A stretch of 64,000 bases of DNA from Lingula anatina (taxonomy: Eukaryota; Animalia; Brachiopoda): the NCBI GenBank assembly GCA_051362555.1, contig CM120646.1, positions 1,178,001 to 1,242,000 on the forward strand. The letters run 5' to 3'. Within the stretch, counting starts at the first letter, position 1, and each line of letters opens with the position of its first letter. The notes below the pieces were generated by a model. The model searched no databases. It saw only the letters and a program-made list of their open reading frames with translations, and was not told the DNA's origin. Shown piece by piece: positions 24,675 through 35,600 of this stretch. The position numbers were made by a program, and so were the translations under genes.

Positions 24675-26765
24675 AAAAGAAAGAAAGTAAGAAAGAATCT
24701 TATTTCTGTAATGGTATATATGCATCTGTGCTGAAGGCCAGAGACAGCTTACAAAACCCTTACAATGGCAACCTGCAATAAGGCCACATCTCTCACTATA
24801 TGTTACCTGTACTCTGTCCTGCCTTCACAAGACCCCTCCTAAACACCTCCTTCAGTCTCGGCTTCATGGTGAAGTTTTTCGCACCCCCTGTGACGGAGAT
24901 GAGGAGGTTTGGCAGCTCTAGGTTCCACTTGTCCATCAACAGCTCTGTCATGATCTCCATGTTGGTGTCTCCAGCCACACGTACATACTACAATAGATAT
25001 ACATTATATCATTGATTATATGTTTAATTTACGATGTATCATTGTATTGTATTGTATTGTATTGTATTGTATTGTATTGTATTGTATTGTATTGTATTGT
25101 ATTGTATTGCATTGCATTGTATAGTGTTGTGTTGTTGCATTGCATTGTCTTGTATTGTATTGTACTACTTTGCACAACATTGTGTTGTATTCACAGTACA
25201 CACAACTATCCTCCAGTCACTGAGGTGGCATGACTGCTGAGCTGGTAACTTTCTGATTTAACATAATGAATTAATTACCAATTTGAATGAATATGAATGA
25301 AAATGCCAGAAAATACCTGAAGGGACATTTTGTGTGATATGAGACCCAAACTAACATCACATTTATCTGGGGGCATAATGACTCAAAAATTTAGTTTTTT
25401 AAAACTTAAGACAAATTTTCAAGATGAAGTTTTTTTTAGTAGTAAGTCCCCAAAAGTGTCTGACTAGTCTCACCTTCCCTGATCTGTCATTGAACATCTT
25501 AAACTCCACCTCACCGAAGGCATTAGTAGGTAAGTGTTTGGTGTGTGAGTGAACAGTCCATTTGTCTGGAATGCTGGACTCCTGTGCTTCTGGGGTGTGG
25601 GCCTGTTTTTCACGACCGCAGTAACACACCCTGGAAATGAAATAGAAATATATGCAGGATCAACCGACAGATGAAAAACTTCAGCTTGAAAAGTTAACTC
25701 TGAAATGTAATTAGAAAATATTATTTTACTCAACTATTACTGTACATGCAAATTTTTCTGTCATAAATATTTTAAAAATAATTGGTTATAAATCTTCAAT
25801 ATGTATATCAATAATTATTCTCCATTCCACAACCATATGCATTCATATAGCAAAATGGAAAACTTACTTCTTTTCATCAGGAGTTTCACTAGAAAATTAA
25901 AAAAAATACATCATAATGTTTTTACATTTTTATACAATATATACAAATATATTATCTACACAAGTCATATTTCCACCATTATTATCAAAATCTCTTACAA
26001 TATAAAAAGCATACTGTTCTTACTACTTTATTAATGTGTTAATCATTTTAAGGGATTTATCATATTCTTTACTGAAAAAAATGTACAAAATGAGAAAATT
26101 TGACAGACTAATACGTAACAACCCATCTTGAATTTAAAACTATCATCAGGTATGATACAAATGGAGAATAAAATTTAATGTTATTGTGATCATTTTCAAA
26201 AAAAAAAAAAAAACATATATAAGAAGCTTAAGTTACAAAGCATTTATATGCACATGAATACATGTTCTTTATGTGCGTAAGAGTGTGACTGCAAGTATAA
26301 GTGCACGTGTATGTGTGTGCATGCATGTGAGTGTAAATGAAGAAAAACGAGTGAGTCAGTGAGGACAGGAAAGCAAGCAAATCCCTACTCATCGGCTCCT
26401 TTCTTTGAAGGTTTCTCCATAAAACTGCAACATTCTCGCCGTTTGATGTGTTTTGGGATCCAATCTGATAATTCTAAATCCTAAAATGTACGGAAAAAGT
26501 TATAAATGCTATGATAGTCACAGCCAAATCAATTTTGAGATATTTGCATTATTTTAATACGTAAATAATTCATCCAGAACTTTTCAGCAAAAAAAAAATT
26601 ATAATAATAATATATAAAACTATTTACTTCTTCTGTTTCACAAGGTGGCATTTGTACAGCTCCCGTCTCCTGAACACTTTCAGCTTGGATCACATGCTGT
26701 AACTCCACCGTGTCATTTGGTACCAGCTCTTCCTCCATGGGGGATACTTTACCATTACGCTTCAT
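6621..26765 (-). CDS. TRPM2: TRPM2-like cation channel with C-terminal NUDT9-H domain (~1580 aa, 33 coding exons per isoform)
   Basis: Phase-consistent exons: 26765-26628, 26480-26389, 25630-25474, 24987-24807, 24473-24289, 24077-23897, 23530-23433, 23226-23129, 22801-22599, 22193-22093, 21760-21626, 21335-21276, 20973-20885, 20506-20436, 20239-20109, 19671-19571, 19208-18980, 18595-18483, 18102-17925, 17594-17208, 17094-16920, 16755-16605, [15662-15469 OR 13708-13512], 13168-13033, 12713-12584, 10725-10620, 10292-10129, 9865-9777, 8918-8727, 8386-8278, 7895-7758, 7408-7295, 6737-6621. Motifs: [42 protein letters not shown], pore [46 protein letters not shown]. Strict orthology to vertebrate TRPM2 is not established. 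Confidence 0.95.
7409..7757 (-). other. GC-AG intron within the NUDT9-H coding region
   Basis: Exon ends ...GQK with AAG|GCAAGT. The phase-0 join to [16 protein letters not shown] at 7408 works with this GC donor. Confidence 0.85.
7906..8013. repeat. ~25-bp tandem repeat x4 abutting a TRPM acceptor
   Basis: Unit approximately GTCCATTGTGTTAGGTGAGAAATAT, degenerating rightwards. Confidence 0.8.
9085..9760. repeat. Intronic minisatellite, 17-bp unit
   Basis: Dozens of copies of GTGTGACAGTGTGTTAG and variants (ATGTGAC.., GTATGAT..) with occasional partial units; starts about 15 nt from the donor at 9776. Confidence 0.95.
11361..11683. mobile_element. MITE with CAGTG termini and 5-bp TSD (hAT5-like), nested in the Kolobok-like element
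   Basis: Perfect 13-bp TIR CAGTGTTCTCCAC/GTGGAGAACACTG; GATAA on both sides; subterminal GCCACCTT repeats about 20 bp apart. Confidence 0.8.
11733..11944 (-). pseudogene. First exon remnant of a transposon-borne gene (basic N-terminus, ...[30 protein letters not shown])
   Basis: aagATGg start; donor CAC|GTGAGT at 11733/11732. Resembles the R-rich V-x-I-G...RW..L....G......A..LLD module recalled from Kolobok-associated proteins (not database-checked). Confidence 0.5.
13512..13708 (-). CDS. TRPM alternative TRP-helix exon B ([36 protein letters not shown]...)
   Basis: 197 nt; polypyrimidine-CAG acceptor and GTAAGT donor; phase 2 to phase 1; no stops; paralogous to exon A. Confidence 0.92.
15469..15662 (-). 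CDS. TRPM alternative TRP-helix exon A ([36 protein letters not shown]...)
   Basis: 194 nt; CAG acceptor and GTAAGT donor; phase 2 to phase 1; canonical TRP box WKFQR. Confidence 0.92.
20821..20880. repeat. 20-bp tandem repeat x3 next to a TRPM donor
   Basis: TCATCTCTCAGACTCCGCCC x2 plus one diverged copy. Confidence 0.85.
22367..22541. mobile_element. MITE with 21-bp perfect TIR
   Basis: ATGGCCCCATTCAGAATAGGG ... CCCTATTCTGAATGGGGCCAT; internal sequence shared with 32372-32538. Confidence 0.8.
24612..24697. repeat. (AAAG)n microsatellite
   Basis: Direct reading. Confidence 0.95.
25040..25165. repeat. (ATTGT)n microsatellite
   Basis: Direct reading; source of the spurious CIVLY and NTIQY ORFs. 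Confidence 0.95.
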
Positions 26766-26938
26766 ACTGGTCACGGTTTACTACTCCACTGGTGCTTTAT
26801 GCCATAATATCAACTGTGGTTATACTTGAAAGGGACTGAAAGAGATTGACATATATTTGCTGTACCGTGTTGTTCAGAAGTTGTTCATAAATCTCTTAAG
26901 CTCTGCATATTTTAATCCCTCCCCCTCCCCCCTACACA

Positions 26939-26986
<48 letters not shown>

Positions 26987-28431
26987 CAACATTGTCACTA
27001 GACAAATGTGAGTCCAGTAATGTATTCAAATAATTCAATTAACAAAGACACAAGGTAAAATCCCCACTTTAATACAGTGTGGGGTAGTTTTGACCTGACA
27101 TCCATTCACCATGCAGAAAGACACCTCCATTTATTCTCCACTACTACCGTCTCTTCCAGCGAGAAACTAGACATGATGCCACCTTCAGATAACAGTGTGA
27201 CTTAGCTAGAGATCCCATTGACTCAGTTTTCGACCTTACAAATTAAGCCTGCGGTAAATACCTAGCAAGTAAGGCCGATAACTGAAACAAGAAATCCTAG
27301 AATTTTTCCCACTTGCTAGTCGACCTAGGGATTTATAATTGCTGCTTACAAGGTTACTTTTTTTAGAAATATCCGTAACCACTAACCTTTGAACAAGATG
27401 TATGCACTGTGATGCCCCTTGTTATTAACAATCAAGACAACGCCGCTGATTTGTCATTTTTGGCAACTTTTTTCCTTTGACAGTGTCAACCTTTAAAACT
27501 GGCAATATGGCGGATTTACCTCGTACCTTCAACTGGGCTTATGCACCACGTTATTTTAACCGGAAGTACCCATATTTGAGGTACGAGGTAAAGCTTACCA
27601 CAGGTGCTTGGTGGTTGCTAAGCGACAAGTATCATTACTGTAAGACGATATAATGTCCAGAACAAACATGAACAAAAGATGTCTATATTTAATTTACTTC
27701 ATAAAAGATGTGAGTGACGTGAATGAAAAATCGAAATCAAGGTTTGCTTAAGATAGCGCGGCGAAATTAAAGCTTCTTGTTCTTGTTTGTAAGGACGTGA
27801 AACGTCAAGCGCCCCATTTTCGTGACTCGTTCTTGCGGCTTTTTATTCCCGCCCTTCGTGAAATTAAGACATCATATACACAGTAATCCGACATTTTCAT
27901 GATTTTTGACGCGCATTTTCAGTGAAATATAAAAGAAGTTTATTTAATTTTATTTGTAAATCGATGACTTTTAAGTTAAAATTTCCCGTGCGCTATGCAT
28001 GATCAGTAGCCCCACACCCCTTACCCCCGCCCAATGGGACACTCTTGTGATTAATCTTATTAGTAGGCCTACGTTTTCTATAGTTTTTATTCTTCTGTAG
28101 CACATATTGATCTAATTTATAATTTCCTAGAAGGCTCACTGTCAAAAGTGCGATAGCTCTGAATTATGTAAATATAGAGAACACGGTGTTCCATCTAACG
28201 CATCGTCTGCCAGCCATGCAGTGCTATAGCCTATACAGGGCCTATCACTGCTTCACCCCGCCCTGTTGCTAACTTCATTTTCAAAGGAAAAACAAAATCA
28301 ATTAGGAATGTCTTAACTTATGATAGAACCTATGACGGAAATGGTCACGGTTAGCAAAGGTTTTTTAAAGACCAATTTCAAATTTCGTAGACCTACTTTT
28401 AAAATTGTCTACCGCTTAATTGTAGGCCTAC

Positions 28432-28612
28432 CAGGCCCGTAGCTGGGGGGGGGGGGGGGGGGGGGGGGGGAAGAACCCCCCTTTTTGCTGGAAAAAGGTC
28501 CACTCTGGGTAAAATTTGACCTAGGTACATGGGGATTATATGGTAAAAGGTCCACTTCTTCAGAAAAAAGACCCCCCCCCCCCTTTGAAATTGCTGGCTA
28601 CGGACCTAGCTG
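28432..28612 (+). mobile_element. CAGG-ended MITE with poly-G, copy 1 (5-bp TSD CCTAC)
   Basis: CAGGCCCGTAGC ... GCTACGGACCT(AG)CTG; highly similar to 56162-56338; CCTAC on both flanks. Confidence 0.8.
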
Positions 28613-29312
28613 CCTACTCTAGCTCGTGACGCGAGTCAAGGGTAAAGAACTCGATATCAGTCATTCTTCATCTATCACTCTATGGTCTAAATTAAATGTT
28701 GTCTTATCGGACGTGACAATTCTTCTCACGAGCAAAATCAATTTCCATCACTAGGCCCTACCAATGAACCATTTTTTTTTCAGACCGTGAACGTCATGAC
28801 TGGTATTTTCCCCCGTACTATAACCTTAGTTCCCAAGCAGGGATTTACTGTATAGGAGGCGGGCTTATGCATCTTGATTCTCAGAGGGTGATGGGGACGT
28901 CATTTGTGTCAGGGTATGTTCTAAGACCCTACAAAGGATCGAGTTTCTAATAGAGGTTGCGGAACGCAGGGTGGCTGTGTTCAAAAACGCTCACGAATCA
29001 CGTTACTTTCAACAAGCTTATTTGTTTAAAAGCTTGCAATAAGCATTAGTTTAAATAGGCAAAAAATTCCGGAAATTTTCTTTATCAAAAACATGCAATA
29101 AGCATTAGACATGCAAATAGTAAAAATAATTTGAAAATCCCGGAAATTTCAACCACTTCCCCCTTTATCTCCAAGGCAAAACCTGTGGAAAATTATTGAG
29201 AAAATTAATCAATCCGGTGAACCCGCAGCACGTATTTCATAACTACTGTAATTCCTATAATTCCAATGTCTTCATTACTGGAACATGATACTGCAGCAGA
29301 CACGTAAGAAAT

Positions 29313-29392
29313 ATAATATAATATAATATAATATAATATAATATTATATTATATTATATTATATTATATTATATTATATTATATTATATTAT
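29313..29392. repeat. (TATAA)n/(TTATA)n head-to-head microsatellite palindrome
   Basis: Repeat orientation flips at about 29342/29343. Confidence 0.85.
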
Positions 29393-30572
29393 AAGACTGG
29401 AGACAACGTATGCTGCATTCCACCTCGTCCAGAAAACTCTCTGACCCTAGAGTGCACTAGTAGTCTGTTACAAAAATGTTATATCGCTCTTTCTTAAACT
29501 TTGTGTGCTATTTTAATATTCATGATATCAGAAGATAAGTCGAAAAAAGGTATGCATGATTTGATGATGCTATCAATTTCTTTTATTGCATAACCAGGAT
29601 GGGTAAGCACTGTGAGATATAACTGAAAAACATCTAGGCCCTACAGTATTTCTTTCAAAAATAAACCCAGAAAATCCGTACTGAACGATTTAAATCTGAG
29701 ATTGATTTAAAATGATATGTGCAAATGCTTGCAAAACAACGGCTAACGGTGTCGGGTGTTGCACTTAAGTGATCTACAAAAGATGGAATACGTGACATAT
29801 TGTAGTCAGTCCCGTTGAATTAAACCGGCAATATATTATTTATATCCGTGCCGCCTACTTATCTGTATTTAAAACCCACTGAGTAAGCTTTATCTTTATT
29901 CTGTATTAGATAATCGAAGATGTAGTAGTCATCATCGACATGTACTATCACTGTAGACGGCTGTCTAACACAATATACCTTGTTGGCCTGTATTTTGGAC
30001 GCTAAAAGCCCTCATCAACTTTATTATCTTCATTCTCGGGACATAAGGAACGATAACATTAAATCATGCAAATATCCTGGGCAAAATTAGATTAGTAAAA
30101 CATACCGTATTGATTAATCGAAAACCGGGAATGAGTGCAATTTTGTGTAGTAGCCTATGGAATTGTTGACATAAGAGATGTTAATGGCAAGAAAAACGCG
30201 GCAGTATATTAAGGTGAAGAAGATTAATCGTGCTCTCGTTTGTTCATTGCACGCGACATATGGTTCATTTGATTACCTTTTTTCCTGGAGATCGGAATAT
30301 CTGAATAAATGGAGAAAAAAATTAAATGCACAAGCGCTTGTTGGCCTGTAACCTCAAACCTACAAGCGGACGCTCTTGAAAGCGCGACACCTTAATCACA
30401 CGCGCGCGTACGCATAACTTACACACCGGGTACCCCAATAGAGCTTAGTCGGCTATATACGCAGACAATGTAACGATCACACATTTCAACACACCCGCAA
30501 TCCAAGCACCCACTTCGAAAATATACGTAAACGTACGCGCGGAACATGGACGGGAACAAGAATGAAGGACCT

Positions 30573-30789
30573 CATGGGCCGTAGAAAGGTTAAGAGGGGG
30601 TGTCCCAGGAATTTTGGAAACAGATTTTTTGTGTAACCTAAAAAATGTCCTTTTCTGCCCCCCCCCCCCCCCCCTCCCCAAGTCCGCCAGAAAACTCTTA
30701 CTTTTCCATCAGCACTGAGTACGGTTAAATAATGCCTTCAACGGCTGCTCCCCCCCCCCCCAAATCATTTTTCTCAGTCTACGGCCCTG
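30573..30789. mobile_element. hAT-like MITE with poly-C tracts
   Basis: Termini CATGGGCCGTAGA / TCTACGGCCCTG; no clear TSD. Confidence 0.55.
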
Positions 30790-31127
30790 ATTTTCTCTCT
30801 CTCTCTCTCTCTCTCTGCAAGCATTTCCGTGTACTCGGCATAGCTAATGCGGGGGCTCAAGATTCTCGATGAGAAATGTGATTGATCTATGTCTAAACAC
30901 AGCGGCTAGAAATGAGGTGGGAAGTAAAATATCGTTTCCACGAACTCTCAGTACGGACGAACCAACTCTCTCGCTGTGCGTGTGGCTGGTCTGACTCAGC
31001 TGGCATCGTATCATCAGCAGTGTGTACGTGTTCTCGTATTTTGAGGAAAGCTCTCACTGCTCTCTCTCTCTCTCTCTCAGAGTGTTTGGAGTTTTATTGG
31101 CGCTGAAAAGGTTAAAAAAGACGGAGA

Positions 31128-31899
31128 ATGGATTGCTATCTTGGAAAATGGGTTCTGGTACGTGAAGCCTCTGACAATATTGTTCCCCAACTACAGGCGG
31201 CAGGTGAGAGTTTCTTCTTTTTCTTTTTCTAACTTAGGCATGTTGTGATATGAAAATGATTAAGATTGCTAAAAGGCAAGTGGAAAGAAAAACATTATTT
31301 GAAAATCTTAAAAGGAGGAATATATGTCTTCACGATAACAGAGCTCCTTTAAAACTCAATTATATTTTTTCACCAAGGAATTTAACACCTTTAGCATCTT
31401 CCTACCTATTAATAACCGTCAGAAGTATATTAATGCAGACCTATTCCTTTAGCTCAGTCAATTTGGTTTCTGTGGCTCTTTGTGATCGAGTAACTTGAGA
31501 GGGGAAAATAATCCACGAACTTTGTCTTTATGGGTCTCATATTATCAGAGATCACGACAATCCACCGATAATCCTAGGCAAGAACAATGAGCCGGTGTTT
31601 GTTTCTAAGTTTCCTGGAATACTATTCATCAGTTCATATCGCCATAGACACTGTGGATAATGCGTTTTTTACTAACGTTGGATTGCAGACATCATATCTG
31701 GATATCAGAACAAAAATCTCACAGTGTTGATAAAACGGATATGCTTAGAACACCAGTGAATGTACGGTGTGTGTTCGTTGTAAGGTGGATGATATGCGAA
31801 GAATGTGTTTCCGAAATGAGTCAGATTATGTGTGATATGCCGTACGACCACGTTCAGGTTATTCCAAGCAATCCTTATTTTTTTTACACGACCCTTTGC

Positions 31900-31940
<41 letters not shown>

Positions 31941-32599
31941 TTGTAATGGCAGTGAAGAATTTTTTTGCCATTTTAAACCGACTTTCCCGTTTAAAACAAA
32001 AATATACCCATTAAATACACGATTTATAAAACCGAAGTTAACAAGCAAACGCTCGCTAAATATATATTTTAGGAGGGGTGGAGAAAAGCATGAAAGCTGC
32101 CTTTTAAATTAAACATACCTGCTTGCTTTTAAGTAGAAAAACGAAATTGTTTAGATAGAAATAAAAGGGGTAATGTTAGAGACACGTGATTGCAAGACTA
32201 TTAACGGCATGTTGATACAAAGGTAAGAAATACGTATCTGTGTATCGGATTACTGTAACATAGGACATGCAGTTAAGTTCGATAAATTCCAACCTTGCCC
32301 TATTTTTATCCATGTATTTTTCTTATACGATAAGAGTGGTACATTGTACACGCTAACAAAGAGAGGGGACTTAAAGCGCATTCAGGACAGAGGACGAACA
32401 GATCCGCGGATCAAATATGGTCGACCCACTTGAATGTCTGTTGCGTAATCCCTGAGGGAAATCTTCTCAGTGTCTAATTGGGCATTGAGCGGCAAACTTT
32501 TTAGTGGGTCGCCATGCATATCTGAATGCGCTCTTTAACCCCACGTTCCTAGGATTACAAAAGACGCTATTTCACCATTATCACCCATGAAAGAACGAA

Positions 32600-32648
<49 letters not shown>

Positions 32649-35600
32649 AAATGATTACAGATGAAACAGATAAAAGACAGAAGGGGATATCCTAACTCCC
32701 CCCCCCCCTTCACTCCTGCCCTCTGCGCCCATAATGCCCCTATTTCACACAGACCACGAATCCCACGAATCGCCAGGAATTGACAAATTTCAGGATTCGT
32801 GAGGATTCGTGAGATTTGCCAATTTTCTGGTCTAATTCGACACGCTCTACGATTCAGTTGCGATAGTGTTACGATTATTCGTGGAATTCGGCTGGAATCG
32901 AACGAATATTGTCCAGAAATTCACTACGATTTTTTGGAATCGGGAGTTTGTGGCCAAAATTTTGAACTGCTCAAAATTTTTGCCACGAATTCCCGATTGA
33001 TCAAGAATTGCAAGAACGGACTACGATTATATACGAATATGTTAAGAACTTCACGAACTGATTACGATTCAAACACGAATCCGGAAATTTTCAATTCCTG
33101 GCGATTCGTGGGATTCGTGGTCTGTGTGAAATAGGGGCATTAAAGTTTTTGCCACTAATTCCTGTTGGTCAAGAAGTGCAAGAACTTACTACGAATATAT
33201 ACATATATACGGATCTGTTAAGAACTTCACGAACTGATTACGATTCAACCACGAATCCCGAAATTTGTCAATTCATGGCCATTCGTGGGATTCGTGGTCT
33301 GTGTGAAATAAGGGCATTACAGACGCCTATAGATAAGTCACGCTAGTGCTTTCACATCTAGAACAAGATGACCTCGCCAATGTCTGCCCTTGTATCCGCA
33401 GCAGCAATTACTAACCACTATACGCTGCTGATATCTGTTCTATAAACCTGCTAACATAGATTCCATGGAGGATGTAGCACCGGCAATTTGCAACGCTGTC
33501 AAGAATTATCTGGAGTTACAAACCACACTATTCGCCTTAGTTCGTTTCATAGCTAGATTTATATTTTTCTAAACGAGATATGTGGCTTCGCCTGCATGTG
33601 CCTTTTTTATACACATTATACTATTGCTATCTTAAATAAGGGGAGACTCTGCATTTGATAATGAGTTTATTTATTATATTTTCAGTCCATTCCACTTTTC
33701 CTTTTAATCCGTTAGTATATTTGCTTTATATGTACATTGCCTTGCAAAAATTTAAGGCCCATTTAGGGACCGTCAATTCCTGGCAAAAACATGTGCGGGT
33801 GGGTTGGGGGGGGGGGGGGTATGTTATTATTGTTGGGTCCTCGTGCCGTAGGTTTATTGGAGTTGCTAATAGCCACCCGGTTTCTCCTTTAACAGGCGTG
33901 AGCGGAGCTGTTTTTTAAGTGGTACCACTAACCTTTCTATAAAAATAATAACGTAATAATGATGATAATAGCATGATTTATGGGTGGCGAAGGGGGAGTA
34001 ACCCCTTGATTATCTACACGTATATGAACCTCTCTGACATGTTTGAATAAAGAGGGACGCTCAGCCCCCCTACCCCGGCCCCGCCCCCTTCCCCCTAGCC
34101 CTTTGGCCCCTACGCCTATGTCTTGTGAACATACGGGCAGGAGGTGAAGAACAAGAAGGTGTTTATTCCGCCGACTGTCAAAAGGAGATCGCATAAACTA
34201 GTTCATTATACCTGTCGGATGTCGGTTATGTATACGGTCTTCAGACGGAAGACTGAGCGGGCTCGTGGCACGGGAGAGAGGAAATATTTGAAGTTCCGAA
34301 TGTGAAATGATTTACCCTAAGTTGGTTGCAAATTTGCTTCAGAGAAAAATGATGTCATCCAACATCTGTCCAATTTTCGAAATGAGGTATTTGAAAAATG
34401 ATTTTATCAAGCTTTACATGCATTAACTCCATTCCTCCATTCGTACTTTTACAGCAGAGCAGATAAGGTGAAAATATACAGTGGTAAAAATAATAATCCG
34501 ACTGTATCAGTTTCATAGTTCTAGAAATAAGATATGTCACTTTGTCATGACACACAGCAGAAAAAGAAGACTCACTCCAGGAAGCTATTCATTTGCTTGT
34601 CACTACCTTTTATGAGAGTTCAGCAATATCATCACCATTATACACAACTTAATGATTCTTGAATAATTCTGATAGAAACGCATTTACAAGTGTAGTGGTA
34701 TCGTGTTTGCCTTTTCCGCAGACTAATTTCCTGTTTTATGTCTCATCATTGAATGGTAGTTTGTGTATGGCGTGGTCTTTAGGATGTAGTTGTAACAGTT
34801 GTACAGTTTAGTTGTTATTGATTTAATCCGACAAAGCATTATGGTTACGTCTAGGTGTTAAAGCGCCACAAAAGTTCTCCCCTTTAACTTGAATAACTTT
34901 GTGATTTAAGGGGGTGGAATTATAACTGAACAACGTTTATTGATTTTGAATGTATTTAGAATAAAAGCAATGTCTTGTTTCTTCTTTAAATCAAATAAAA
35001 CGGTCGAATGTTGGGCGAATGACATCGTCAAATTCTCAGGTTCAGTAATAGACACGATGGTCATTGTTAATTCCCTTATGTCCTCTAATGGCTCTAACTT
35101 TATTATCAAGCGTATAATGTGACTTGCATACATAGACTCTCTAAACTGCAGTCTAATACTCACATTGATGAGTACAGTTATTTTACTGTTGCCGAGTGCT
35201 CTGCGGTTTGAATGAATAGAGCCACGAGATTAAGGATGTTTTCTGAGATCCAGTTCAGGAGACAGACACTTTCACATTATTGTCTGCTAGCCTTCAATTG
35301 TGCAGTTCTTCATCTATTAATGGCTTATTCATTTTTCCTTTTGCATTATGGCGTGTAACATATTCTGGGGAGTAGAGGTTTACTATTTCACAGTTTTACT
35401 CTGCAGTGTTGTCACAGTCTGATGTTCATTGGTGGTAAGGGGTTTGGACACATGATCCAAGTTCGAGGGGGGGGGGTTCGATGCGTTTTTGTTTCGAGAT
35501 GAAGCTTATTAACTTTCATTTTTGTGATACACAGTTTACTCTTAACTGTAGCTCTCTATTCAGTGCCCGTTCAACTACAAATATCTTAACACTTGTTTTT

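Noticed and set aside
25012-25240. ORFs with CIVLY/NTIQY repeats (and similar IYLF, ERER, THTH ORFs elsewhere)
   Set aside because: Translations of microsatellites.
32799-33346. Two ORFs sharing LRTSRTDYDS..NPEI
   Set aside because: Artefact of the duplicated MITE half; no domain or splice support.
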